From positions 1-36,930 of the IMG/VR virus record IMGVR_UViG_3300032225_000824: DNA of 36,930 bases; one strand, written 5' to 3'. The number at the start of each line of letters is the position of its first letter. The first letter of the stretch is position 1. Shown here piece after piece: positions 1 to 8,412 of this stretch. The translations under genes were made by a program, and so were the position numbers. Below the pieces are notes generated by a model. It searched no databases. It was not told the origin of the DNA and was given only the letters and a program-made list of their open reading frames with translations. Origin of the DNA: a virus (lineage: Duplodnaviria; Caudoviricetes).

Positions 1-123
1 CAAATGCGTATTGCAATTGGCGGACCTGGCACAATGACGCAGGAAGATAGGAATGTGTTGATGACAGCAATCGCAGATCCTACTGCTGTTATTAACTTTG
101 CTGCACCAGAAAGACTTGGCGAG
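1..123. repeat. Terminal direct repeat, left copy (circular assembly overlap)
   Basis: 1-123 (caaatgcgta...cttggcgag) is identical to 36808-36930 and falls inside an ORF that stays in frame across the junction. Confidence 0.97.
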
Positions 124-351
124 TTAAAGAAAGTTTTGGCAAGGAAATTTGTCGCTGATGCTCGCGCTAATGGATTTGGAGTCAAGTCTGTTCAATCAGT
201 TCTTGATGCTAATTCGGATCCAGAAGATATTAATTCATTTGGTATGAAGAAACAGAATGCATTCAAAAGTGAAGCCGAAGCTCGCGCTGCTGGAATGCGT
301 GATGGGGATGTTGTAAATATAAATGGTAAGCAATTCAAATTAGCTCCATAA
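1..351 (+). CDS. C-terminal part of the ~451-aa putative internal virion/ejection protein starting at 35803
   Basis: Same frame as the open frame 35803-36930. Ends with a G-D-V-V-x-I-N-G-K-x-F tail of the kind seen in podovirus DNA-transfer proteins. Confidence 0.75.
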   Translation, partial: QMRIAIGGPGTMTQEDRNVLMTAIADPTAVINFAAPERLGELKKVLARKFVADARANGFGVKSVQSVLDANSDPEDINSFGMKKQNAFKSEAEARAAGMRDGDVVNINGKQFKLAP

Positions 352-358
352 TAAATCA

Positions 359-2491
359 ATGGCACTCATACCAGTAAATAGCAAGGGCGAGGAGATTGCA
401 GTTGAGGCTCCAGTAACCCAAGAAACTCAGAGTAGAAGCATTCCAGAAATTGTTGGCAGGCAGGCTGGCCTAATCGCGCGTGAGGTAATTACTCCTGGTA
501 CTGCTGGATTGGTTGGTGGGGCATTAGCAGGCGCACCATTTAGGGTTTCAGCACCTGCTGCTCGCGTTGGTGCTTCAGGAGCATTCTTGGCAGATATCGG
601 TGCAAAGGTTTATAATTCACTCGTTGCACAAGGTGACGAAAAGAAAAAAGTACCAGAACTAAGCGCAGTTCTCGAAGACATCAAGAATCAGATTGGACTA
701 CCAAAGCCAGAGACACCGCTTGAACGGATCGAGTCAAGGGTTGTTGGTGGAGCTGCAGAAACGCTTCCGCTAGTTATGGGTGGCCAAGCTATGGTTGGGC
801 TAAAAAATGCGCCCAAGGCGATTAAGAAAATAGGTGAGATACTTGGTGCATCTCCAATGACTCAAATTGTTGGATCTGCATTAGGATCTGGAGCTGCTGC
901 AACTGCTGGTGAAGCTGGTGCTAATCCAATTGAGCAAGGCTTGGTTGGATTGGCTGGATCTATTGCACCTTCTCCAATTTCTAGAATTGCCCAAGTAGCA
1001 TCTACTGCAAAGAAACTTGGGGTATCCGCAGTACCAGCAGCGATTGCTGGAACGGCTGGGGCGACAGAAACATCTAGGAATTTGATACTTCGGTTTCTGC
1101 GCGGAGGTAAAACGCAAGAACAGATAGCCAAAAATGTTGAGTTGTATGGAATGGCTGGAACGACTCCTACCCTTGGTCAGGCAGTTGAAAATCCATCGAT
1201 TCAGGCTCTTGAAACTAGCGTTGGAAGATTCCCAAGCGGAATGGAAGCAATGCGCGAGAAGGGTATTGCACAGCAGGCAGAGGTTGGAAAGAAAGTCGAA
1301 GAATTGAGAACTCAGCTATCTCCAATCACTGAACCAGTAGAGGCAGGCAAGGCAATTCAAAAGGGATTTTCTGAGGTATTTGTGCCAAGGGCGAGGCAGA
1401 CTCAGAAGGCTCTTTACAATCGTTTTGATCAATACATGCCAGAACGTACACCTGTCAATTCTGATGAGACAATGGGACAGCTATATCAATTTGCAAATAG
1501 GCTTGGTAATGCTTCTCCAGAATTACAAGCATCAATTTCTAATACACAATTAACATCGTTACTTGGTGGTCTTGAGGAAACAAAGAAATTAAATCCATCT
1601 GGACAAATTCCATTTAACGTCTTACGCGATTTACGTTCTTGGGTTGGCGAAAAGATAGCCACAGTTGACCTTGCTCCAGACGTACCGAAAGCACAATGGA
1701 AAAGCCTATACGGAGCATTGTCTAGAGATCTTGAGAACGCAGCAGCACAACAGGGTCCAGAAGCTCAGGCTGCATTTAAGAAGGCTAATACATACACCAA
1801 GAAATTCCACGATACGATGGATTCGATTCAGTCTGTTATTCTGGATAAGAATCCAGAAGATGCGTATCAAGCCGTAATCAGCGGTGCACGTAATGGACCA
1901 ACCAAGCTGCGCGAAGTATTTAATGCTGTACCAAAAGACGCTCAGAAGGCCGTATCGGCTGCATACATCTCAAGGATGGGCAAGGCTGTTGCTGGTCTGC
2001 AAGACGAAACAGGAGATGTATTTAGCACATCTAAATTCCTTCAAAATTATGCGAAACTTGACAATGCGTCAAAAGATATTTTATTCGGAAGATTTGGTAG
2101 TCAGTTCAAAAAGGACATAGATACAATTGCACAGGTTTCCAATAAGATCAGGGAAAGTGCAAGCATCCTAGCAAATCCATCAGGTACAGCAGGCGCAGTA
2201 GTTGGTCCCGCCACGATGGCAAGCGTAGCTGGTTCTGCATTTTCTGGTAAGTTTGGTTTTGCCCAAGGAGTACTTGGAACTCTGGCTGGAGCCAACCAGG
2301 CTGCCAGACTATTCACAAATCCTGAGTTTGTGAATTGGCTGGCCAAAAACTCGAACAAGCCTGTGTCAAATACATCAGCTGCGCTTGCAAATCTTTATCA
2401 AATCTACAAATCAAACCAAGATCCAGACATCAAGGAAATTCACGATGCTCTCCGCAATCAAGCGGTTGAGCAAGAAATCAAGAAGAAATAG
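359..2491 (+). CDS. Putative DNA ejection/transfer protein (P22 gp16/gp20-like position), 710 aa
   Basis: Ala/Gly-rich hydrophobic N-terminal helices, TPTLGQA, a helical middle region and a C-terminal NPSGTA + Gly/Ala-rich segment. Last of the large genes after the tail module. Confidence 0.7.
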   Translation: MALIPVNSKGEEIAVEAPVTQETQSRSIPEIVGRQAGLIAREVITPGTAGLVGGALAGAPFRVSAPAARVGASGAFLADIGAKVYNSLVAQGDEKKKVPELSAVLEDIKNQIGLPKPETPLERIESRVVGGAAETLPLVMGGQAMVGLKNAPKAIKKIGEILGASPMTQIVGSALGSGAAATAGEAGANPIEQGLVGLAGSIAPSPISRIAQVASTAKKLGVSAVPAAIAGTAGATETSRNLILRFLRGGKTQEQIAKNVELYGMAGTTPTLGQAVENPSIQALETSVGRFPSGMEAMREKGIAQQAEVGKKVEELRTQLSPITEPVEAGKAIQKGFSEVFVPRARQTQKALYNRFDQYMPERTPVNSDETMGQLYQFANRLGNASPELQASISNTQLTSLLGGLEETKKLNPSGQIPFNVLRDLRSWVGEKIATVDLAPDVPKAQWKSLYGALSRDLENAAAQQGPEAQAAFKKANTYTKKFHDTMDSIQSVILDKNPEDAYQAVISGARNGPTKLREVFNAVPKDAQKAVSAAYISRMGKAVAGLQDETGDVFSTSKFLQNYAKLDNASKDILFGRFGSQFKKDIDTIAQVSNKIRESASILANPSGTAGAVVGPATMASVAGSAFSGKFGFAQGVLGTLAGANQAARLFTNPEFVNWLAKNSNKPVSNTSAALANLYQIYKSNQDPDIKEIHDALRNQAVEQEIKKK

Positions 2492-2499
2492 GGTGCGCG

Positions 2500-3063
2500 A
2501 TGAGCGGAATAGAAGTAGATCCGCTCCTATTGGCAGCATTGGAGACAGTAAAGTTCGAGGGTAGGTTTGATCACAATGGCAATTTGACGATGTACAAGTT
2601 GCCTGATGGGGATGGTGGTGGAAGCTATGAGATAGCTGGAATCAATGACAAATATCACCCAGAAGAATTTAAGAGAATCTCGTCGTTGCCAGCGCAAGAA
2701 AGATCGAAAGAAGCTGCGCGATACATCAAAGAATATACAAGTCCGCTCGTATCCAAACTGCCTGAAGTCATGCAAGCATTCACACAAGATCTTGCGTTCA
2801 ATAGAGGGATGGGCGGTGCAACAAAGTTTATCCAGAAAGGGCTAAATTCTTTGGGTGTAAAGGTAGTTGTAGACGGAAAAATTGGACCAAAAACTTTGGA
2901 AGCAATAAATAAGGTTCATCCGCGCGCGCTGCTGCAGGCAATTAGTAATGCTCAGTTAGATTATGAATACGAACTTGCCTACAACGACTCAAGCCGAAAG
3001 AAGTTTATCAGCGGACTTGAGAACAGAATCAGAAATCGGCAGGCGATGTGGGGGGTAGGTTAA
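2500..3063 (+). CDS. Putative endolysin, GH108/TtsA-like lysozyme with peptidoglycan-binding motif
   Basis: FEG...DGGGSYEIAGIND; DLAFNRG; FIQKGL...VVVDGKIGPKTLEAIN (PG-binding); C-terminal KFISGLENR. Confidence 0.8.
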   Translation: MSGIEVDPLLLAALETVKFEGRFDHNGNLTMYKLPDGDGGGSYEIAGINDKYHPEEFKRISSLPAQERSKEAARYIKEYTSPLVSKLPEVMQAFTQDLAFNRGMGGATKFIQKGLNSLGVKVVVDGKIGPKTLEAINKVHPRALLQAISNAQLDYEYELAYNDSSRKKFISGLENRIRNRQAMWGVG

Positions 3064-3443
3064 TGCGGAAAGAGAAGAGGACGAAGAATAGTGTTACCAG
3101 CTCCAATGCTCGCTCCATCAGATCCAACAAGGATGAGGTTCGGACTACTTCCAACCTTAGCAAGCGCGCTATCCGTTCCAACGTAGCTGCCACCAGCACG
3201 GACGACTGCACCGCCTCCAGGCTTGAGAAAGCTATCGCCAACTTTGACGTAGGCTCCTTCAGGCGTAAGGAATGTGTCACCTGCTCGAACGAGCGCGCCA
3301 CCAGCACCCACAGCGGAATTCCCAGCAAGAACATGCGTGCTGTTTCCCCTGTATACAGCAGCAACAAATTCTTGGCTGATGTAATCATTCGCGAAACATG
3401 TAGCGGAGCAAAGAAACAAGGCGAATATAGTTGTTGTTTTCAT
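3060..3443 (-). CDS. Exported small beta-repeat protein with Sec signal peptide
   Basis: MKTTTIFALFLCSATCFA signal peptide; repeats GALVRAGDTFL / GAYVKVGDSFL / GAVVRAGGSYV; has its own TTGACA promoter. Confidence 0.75.
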   Translation of the reverse strand: MKTTTIFALFLCSATCFANDYISQEFVAAVYRGNSTHVLAGNSAVGAGGALVRAGDTFLTPEGAYVKVGDSFLKPGGGAVVRAGGSYVGTDSALAKVGSSPNLILVGSDGASIGAGNTILRPLLFPH

Positions 3444-3450
3444 GTGAATA

Positions 3451-3479
3451 AATCTCTACCAAGGAAGGGGTCATGTCAA
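3451..3479 (-). promoter_or_regulatory. Sigma70-type promoter, probably leaderless
   Basis: Minus strand TTGACA (3479-3474), 17 nt, GAGATT (3456-3451), 7 nt, ATG at 3443. Confidence 0.6.
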
Positions 3480-3871
3480 CCATGAAAATTAAGTTATCCC
3501 CACGCCAGATCGGTGCGGTAGGAGTCTCAAGGGTTGTAAGCTCGCTTTTGAGATGTGGCTATAATGTGCTTGCTCCACTAGAGGATTTTTCTGGATATGA
3601 TTTGGTGGCTGAAAAGCATGGCAAGTTCCATCGAATCCAAGTCAAGGCAGCACAGAATGTTGAACCTGGTAGGACTAGATATCGTTTCACAACATCCTGT
3701 GGGTCTGGATACAATGCACCAAAGAAGCTGATTACAGGTGTGGATTATGTGGCTTGCTGGGCAATGAATGATGACGTTTTCTGGCTGTTGCCAATTGCAC
3801 GTTGTAAAAGCGTAACAACTTTGCTTTGCCCATCGACAGGGCAAAGCTGGCGTGTATTCCAAAACCTATGA
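3473..3871 (+). CDS. PD-(D/E)XK endonuclease-family protein (PDDEXK_5 / I-Ssp6803I-like)
   Basis: G-x-x-G...LL..GY.V..P..D...YDLV.E..GKF.RIQVK and VDYVA motifs. The start may be 3482. Confidence 0.75.
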   Translation: MSTMKIKLSPRQIGAVGVSRVVSSLLRCGYNVLAPLEDFSGYDLVAEKHGKFHRIQVKAAQNVEPGRTRYRFTTSCGSGYNAPKKLITGVDYVACWAMNDDVFWLLPIARCKSVTTLLCPSTGQSWRVFQNL

Positions 3872-4047
3872 CCGAGAAGGAGGCGTGGGATTATTTTGAG
3901 AAAGGACTGAAAGACGTGCAGTCTTTCGATGAGGCCGTAGAGTGGGTTAAGAAAAATCAAAAGATGGTTAGGAAACTCACGATGCAAGCAATGATTCGCA
4001 AGTTTGATCAAGATATTAGTAAAGCTAATAAAACTTGGCTTAATTAA
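3868..4047 (+). CDS. Hypothetical protein, 59 aa
   Basis: ATGA overlap with the upstream stop; helical MTEKEAWDYF... sequence. Confidence 0.65.
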   Translation: MTEKEAWDYFEKGLKDVQSFDEAVEWVKKNQKMVRKLTMQAMIRKFDQDISKANKTWLN

Positions 4048-4056
4048 AAATAGATC

Positions 4057-4086
4057 TCGACGTACCTTGGGTTGGTCTGCTAAAAC
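4057..4086 (+). promoter_or_regulatory. Putative extended -10 promoter, leaderless
   Basis: TCGACG, 18 nt, TAAAAC preceded by TGc, then 6 nt to ATG at 4093. Confidence 0.45.
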
Positions 4087-4092
4087 CAACAA

Positions 4093-4536
4093 ATGGGCAA
4101 AATTAACAGTAGAGCTAAAGGCGCAGCAGGAGAGCGTGAACTAGCAAATTACTTACGCGAGCAGGGATGGCAAAAGGCTCGCAGATCACAGCAGTACGCT
4201 GGAAATCCTGAAGGCGGATCAGGTGATGTTGTTTGCGAAAACTTTCCATTTCACATAGAAGGCAAACGATGCCAAGCACTCAAGCCAGAGGACTGGATGG
4301 AGCAGTCAAAGCGTGACTGCCCAGAGGGCAAGATACCAGCAGTGTTCTTTCGCCGTAATGGCCGTAAGGAATGGCTCGTTATTCTTACAGCAGATTCAGT
4401 CTGCGAATTAGCTCGACAACTCGCACCCGCCAATGTCACTATTGAATATGTTAAAAACCAACCAACTCAAACAGCAGTACAAGGATTTTATGTCAAACAA
4501 CCATCCGATCTCACAATTCTTAATCCCAACAAATAA
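4093..4536 (+). CDS. Holliday junction resolvase (Hjc-like PD-(D/E)XK)
   Basis: NSRAKGAAGERELANYL..ARRSQQYAG..SGDVV..HIEGKR..PAVFFRRN...WLV. Confidence 0.85.
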   Translation: MGKINSRAKGAAGERELANYLREQGWQKARRSQQYAGNPEGGSGDVVCENFPFHIEGKRCQALKPEDWMEQSKRDCPEGKIPAVFFRRNGRKEWLVILTADSVCELARQLAPANVTIEYVKNQPTQTAVQGFYVKQPSDLTILNPNK

Positions 4537-4608
4537 GAATCTGTTTTCAGTACTAGTCAAACTTACCCCTGAAACAAAAACCAAAACCAAAAGAAAGGTA
4601 CTAAATAA

Positions 4609-5253
4609 ATGAGCCTAACACTAAGTGAATCGGCGAAAGCAACGGAACGTCAACTGCCTGAGGCAGGGACGACGATGGGAGTATTGGTCAGCCTAGTTGA
4701 TCTTGGCTGCCAGAAAACCAACTGGGATGGTGAGGAGAAGTGGTCGCCCAAAGTGCGATTGACCTTTGAATTGCCTGACCAGGTGATTGATGGAGAAGTG
4801 GTGGAGAATGGCAAAACCACAAAGGTTACCAAACCTATGATGGTCAGCCTTGAGTTGACTCGTTCGCTAGGTGAGCGCGCAACACTCCGCAAGCACCTTG
4901 AGTCTTGGCGCGGTGCAGCTTTCACGGCGAAAGAACTGGCCTCGTTCAGCCTCAAGAATCTGCTTGGCAAGGCAGCTCTCCTGACCTTGATGCACAAAAC
5001 ATCGCAGGCTGGAAGGCAGTATTGTGCGATCAATGCGATCAGCAAATTGCCGAAGGGAATGACTGCTCCGAAAGAATCAGTCAACTCGCAGATGTTCTAC
5101 GAGATTGAAAATGGCCAGAACGATGTCTTTGCATCTATGCCAGAATGGTTGCAGGACAAGGTGCGAGCCAGCAAGGAATTCCTGATGGCAACAGGCAAGC
5201 CTGCGTCTACAAAAACGGAACTTGACGCAGATGGCAACCCAATGCCGTTCTAA
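4609..5253 (+). CDS. Putative single-stranded DNA-binding protein (phage NGO0469-like family)
   Basis: VDLG.Q, TFELP, SLGERATLRK.LESWRG..FT; acidic C-terminal tail ending ELDADGNPMPF, typical of SSBs; SD AGAAAGG after an A-rich leader. Confidence 0.7.
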   Translation: MSLTLSESAKATERQLPEAGTTMGVLVSLVDLGCQKTNWDGEEKWSPKVRLTFELPDQVIDGEVVENGKTTKVTKPMMVSLELTRSLGERATLRKHLESWRGAAFTAKELASFSLKNLLGKAALLTLMHKTSQAGRQYCAINAISKLPKGMTAPKESVNSQMFYEIENGQNDVFASMPEWLQDKVRASKEFLMATGKPASTKTELDADGNPMPF

Positions 5254-5258
5254 ATTGT

Positions 5259-6080
5259 ATGGCTCTTATAATTAAATCAAAAGAGCCATCGACAGCTAGA
5301 CTTGTTCAAACCGAGTCTAGCGGTCATTGGTATACCGCTGATGGCGAGTCCGCCCATACTATTATGGGCAAGAATGGCAACTTTAGGAATACGACTGTTG
5401 CCGATGCTAGGAAGATGCTTCTTTATCCTAGCGTCACATCGATTCTGTCCATCCTAGATAAACCGCAACTTACAAGCTGGAAAATTGAGCAGGCAATCAT
5501 GGCATCGCTTACGTTGCCAAAGGAGGAAGGTGAAACACTCGAAGAGTACGCAAAGCGTGTTGTCCGCGATTCCAAAGAATCCACAAGTAAGGCTGCCGAA
5601 CACGGAACCAATATGCATGAGCAGATGGAGCATGTGCTATTGGGAAGACCTCACTCGCAGGATGAGGCGATCCAGCCATACATCACGACATTCAAGAAGT
5701 GGGCAGAAGAAAACGTAGAGAAGACGTACTGGTGTGAGAAGGCTCTTGTTGGCGCAGGGTACGCTGGTCGCTGTGACGCATATGTGAAGTTGAAAGGGAT
5801 TGGTGATGCGATAATCGATTTAAAAAATCGCAAGGTGAATCCAAAATATGATCCGTTCTATGAAACATCAGACTGTCCACAGTTGTGGGCTTATAGAACC
5901 GCGAGCGAGAATCCGAGGGCAGCGTGCGTATCCATCGTGCTCGCCTCAAATGATTCGAGCAAGCTGATGACTAGGGTATGGGAAGATGATGAGCTGTATC
6001 AGGCTGGGATTGCGTTTAACGCGCTCTTGAAAGTGTGGGCTTGGGTTAAGGGTTATACTCCTCCTGGGATGAAGTTGTGA
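5259..6080 (+). CDS. PD-(D/E)XK exonuclease (Cas4/RecB-like phage recombination nuclease)
   Basis: PSVTSIL..LDKP.L..W; A..GT..H..E; E...YAGRCD; IIDLK; QLWAY. Confidence 0.85.
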   Translation: MALIIKSKEPSTARLVQTESSGHWYTADGESAHTIMGKNGNFRNTTVADARKMLLYPSVTSILSILDKPQLTSWKIEQAIMASLTLPKEEGETLEEYAKRVVRDSKESTSKAAEHGTNMHEQMEHVLLGRPHSQDEAIQPYITTFKKWAEENVEKTYWCEKALVGAGYAGRCDAYVKLKGIGDAIIDLKNRKVNPKYDPFYETSDCPQLWAYRTASENPRAACVSIVLASNDSSKLMTRVWEDDELYQAGIAFNALLKVWAWVKGYTPPGMKL

Positions 6081-6709
6081 TTGTAATGCCAACAAATAAT
6101 ACTGGCTTTATGATTGGATACTTAGCTGGTAAATTCAAGGATTCAATTGGACTGCTAATTTCTCCAAATGGTTGGAGGTATCTTCCAGAGGTGATTCCAT
6201 ATGCACTCGATAATGGGGCTTATTACGCATTCACAAATAAAACAGAGTGGGACGAGAAAGAGTTTTATAAAATGCTGGATAAGGTTCCATGCTGGAATAA
6301 GCCGCTGTGGGTTGCCTGTCCAGATAAGGTAATGGACAAAAATGAAACTCTAAAATTATGGGACAAGCATTATGAGAAAATTTCTGAATGGAAATATCCA
6401 GTTGCATTTGTTGCGCAGGATGGGATGACTCCGAACGATGTTCCTAGCGAGGCTGAAATTATTTTTATGGGTGGATCTTTTGAGTGGAAGTGGAAGATGC
6501 TTCCAGAATTTTGCTCCATAGGCAAAAGAGTTCATTGCGGAAGAGTCAATTCGTATGAGGGATTGTGGATATGTGATGAAAATAATGTTGAAAGTTGCGA
6601 TGGAACTGGTTGGGTTAGGGGTGGAATGAAAAGATTGCAACCTCTTATAAAATATCTAGAAGAAAAATATGGAAACGGAAGGAGTCAAAAATGTTTGCTA
6701 AAGACCTAA
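6077..6709 (+). CDS. TGT/DpdA-fold (base transglycosylase-like) TIM-barrel protein
   Basis: TGT-type motifs in order: ALDNGAY (cf. DSGGF), PD, VAQDG (cf. VQGG), FMGGS, VHCGR, SCDGT. Adjacent to queD. Confidence 0.7.
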   Translation: MIVMPTNNTGFMIGYLAGKFKDSIGLLISPNGWRYLPEVIPYALDNGAYYAFTNKTEWDEKEFYKMLDKVPCWNKPLWVACPDKVMDKNETLKLWDKHYEKISEWKYPVAFVAQDGMTPNDVPSEAEIIFMGGSFEWKWKMLPEFCSIGKRVHCGRVNSYEGLWICDENNVESCDGTGWVRGGMKRLQPLIKYLEEKYGNGRSQKCLLKT

Positions 6710-7128
6710 ACAAAACAAAGTTAGGTGGAGTCAAATATACTGTTATACAGTCTTTCAAATTTGATGCTTCACACAATTTGAGAAAGGAAGATTTTTCATA
6801 TTTGCATCACAACTCATTGGTTGGTCTTATGAAATGTTTTCATAATCACGGCCACACCTACTCGCTTGATGTCGAGTGGGAGGGTTTCCCAACTGACCAA
6901 GAGCCTATGATTTATCCATTTGGAGAGCTTAAGGACTACACAAAAACACTTGTTCGGTGCTGCGACCACAGCAATTTGAATGAGGTATTTGATTTTCCAA
7001 CTACCCTAGAAAATGTTGGGAACTGGTTCTTTAAGAGACTCAAAACATTTGAATGTGAAAAGCTAAAATTGAGAGCGATTGTTTTGCGTGAAGGCTCAAA
7101 CAATAGAATAAGGGTAGAAAATATATGA
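6691..7128 (+). CDS. queD: 6-carboxy-5,6,7,8-tetrahydropterin synthase (QueD/PTPS)
   Basis: FKFDASH, KC...HGHTY, F.ELK, DHSNLNE, PTTLEN, final LREG; the PTPS Zn-binding His residues and Cys are present. Confidence 0.9.
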   Translation: MFAKDLNKTKLGGVKYTVIQSFKFDASHNLRKEDFSYLHHNSLVGLMKCFHNHGHTYSLDVEWEGFPTDQEPMIYPFGELKDYTKTLVRCCDHSNLNEVFDFPTTLENVGNWFFKRLKTFECEKLKLRAIVLREGSNNRIRVENI

Positions 7129-7538
7129 AACCAAAAGTATATCTTGCTGGCGCAATCTACGGCACAACCAACGAAGAGCAGGAGTGGCGCAGGATTGCAT
7201 CCGAAAGCTTGTCCGAGATTTATGATGTTTTAAATCCTCTGGATAGGGATTATCGTGGTACAAAATTTGACACAGTAAACAGTTCAATAATAGTAAAGGA
7301 GGATATGATGTGTGTAGATAACTCAAGTGTGGTTCTGGCAAATTGCGATAAACCAGGCTGGGGAACTAGTATGGAAATTTTTTACGCACACATGAAGGGC
7401 AAGCCAGTTCTATTTTTCACATCAAATGACAATCCATCGCCATGGTTGTTAGCTAGGGCAAGGAATGTTGGGACGTTGGAAAATGCAATTAAAGAACTTA
7501 AAGATTTTGCTGAAACAATTATTAGGTGCGGAAAATGA
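7125..7538 (+). CDS. Nucleoside 2-deoxyribosyltransferase / DNPH1-MilB-like N-glycosidase
   Basis: VYLAG, WR, VLNP, ED...V..S.VVLAN, GWGTSME..YA...GKPV. Confidence 0.85.
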   Translation: MKPKVYLAGAIYGTTNEEQEWRRIASESLSEIYDVLNPLDRDYRGTKFDTVNSSIIVKEDMMCVDNSSVVLANCDKPGWGTSMEIFYAHMKGKPVLFFTSNDNPSPWLLARARNVGTLENAIKELKDFAETIIRCGK

Positions 7539-7831
7539 CCGCACCAACAATCCAAGAAATGGGCAACGCTGCGCAAGAGATTGTGTGGCGCGTTATGGGT
7601 AAAGGATCAGATAAATCTGGCTACGGAGACTGGCTGGAGAAGGATCGGCCTACCCACGATTACCATATCGCCAGAGCAATTCGCCACTTAGCCACTGCGC
7701 AGATGCAACTCCACAAGTCAACTCCATGCCCTGATTCCAACGGAGAAACAAGTATTGACCATCTTGAGCGCGCTCTGGTAAGATCCCTATTCGTATTAGC
7801 ACAAATTAAAAAGGAGGTTCCGAGACTATGA
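7535..7831 (+). CDS. DUF5664-like dATP/dGTP diphosphohydrolase domain protein
   Basis: V..VM..G..K....DW, H..RA.RHL, D..GE...HL..A..R pattern; ATGA overlap at 7535. Confidence 0.55.
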   Translation: MTAPTIQEMGNAAQEIVWRVMGKGSDKSGYGDWLEKDRPTHDYHIARAIRHLATAQMQLHKSTPCPDSNGETSIDHLERALVRSLFVLAQIKKEVPRL

Positions 7832-8010
7832 GATGGATTAAGAAAGAATTGGATGAGGATGGCAAACCAGAGTGGGCGGTTTACATAGACGAAACTGGTG
7901 AGGGTAGGGAAGAGGACTGGTCCCATTTTGATACTTACAAGACACGAGATGAAGCAATCGATGGCTGCAAGCATATCACTTGGGAAGACTACGATTGTAG
8001 CAATCGTTGA
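7828..8010 (+). CDS. Small acidic hypothetical protein, 60 aa
   Basis: ATGA overlap and upstream AAGGAGG; strongly acidic. Confidence 0.7.
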   Translation: MRWIKKELDEDGKPEWAVYIDETGEGREEDWSHFDTYKTRDEAIDGCKHITWEDYDCSNR

Positions 8011-8013
8011 GTT

Positions 8014-8412
8014 ATGCTGAAGGCAGTTTCTGCGATATTGCTGCTTACTACAGCGTCAGCAATAAATCTTAATGTAGATACGCAGCCACCCAAGAAGAAG
8101 ATCAAGGTTCGCGTCACTGGTTACTGGCCAGGAGAGGATAGTTACACCAGTAAGTTTCAGAGTAGCGAGGGCGTGCGCCTAAAGGCTGGCAGACATTGTG
8201 CAACAGACCACAGGATCATACCAGCATGGAGCAAGGTTAAGATAGTCGGCTGGCAGCAGGAGTGGGTTGTTGTGGATACAGGCACAGCGGTCATTCAAAG
8301 AAAAGCAAGTGGGTCAAGCAAATTACCTGTTTTAGATTTATTTTTTAAATCACAAAAAGATTACGAAAAAGCTAGACTGCCTAAATACGCGACAGTAGAA
8401 GTTTCGAAATGA
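8014..8412 (+). CDS. 3D-domain (double-psi barrel) peptidoglycan hydrolase-like protein with signal peptide
   Basis: VTGY, ATDHRIIP..SKV.I, VVDTG.A, LDLFF (three conserved Asp); hydrophobic N-terminus. Confidence 0.8.
   Translation: MLKAVSAILLLTTASAINLNVDTQPPKKKIKVRVTGYWPGEDSYTSKFQSSEGVRLKAGRHCATDHRIIPAWSKVKIVGWQQEWVVVDTGTAVIQRKASGSSKLPVLDLFFKSQKDYEKARLPKYATVEVSK

Noticed and set aside
4-351. Independent 115-aa gene
   Set aside because: It is the C-terminal part of the ORF starting at 35803.
3048-3485. 145-aa plus-strand ORF
   Set aside because: Antisense shadow of 3060-3443, which has a signal peptide, repeats and a promoter.
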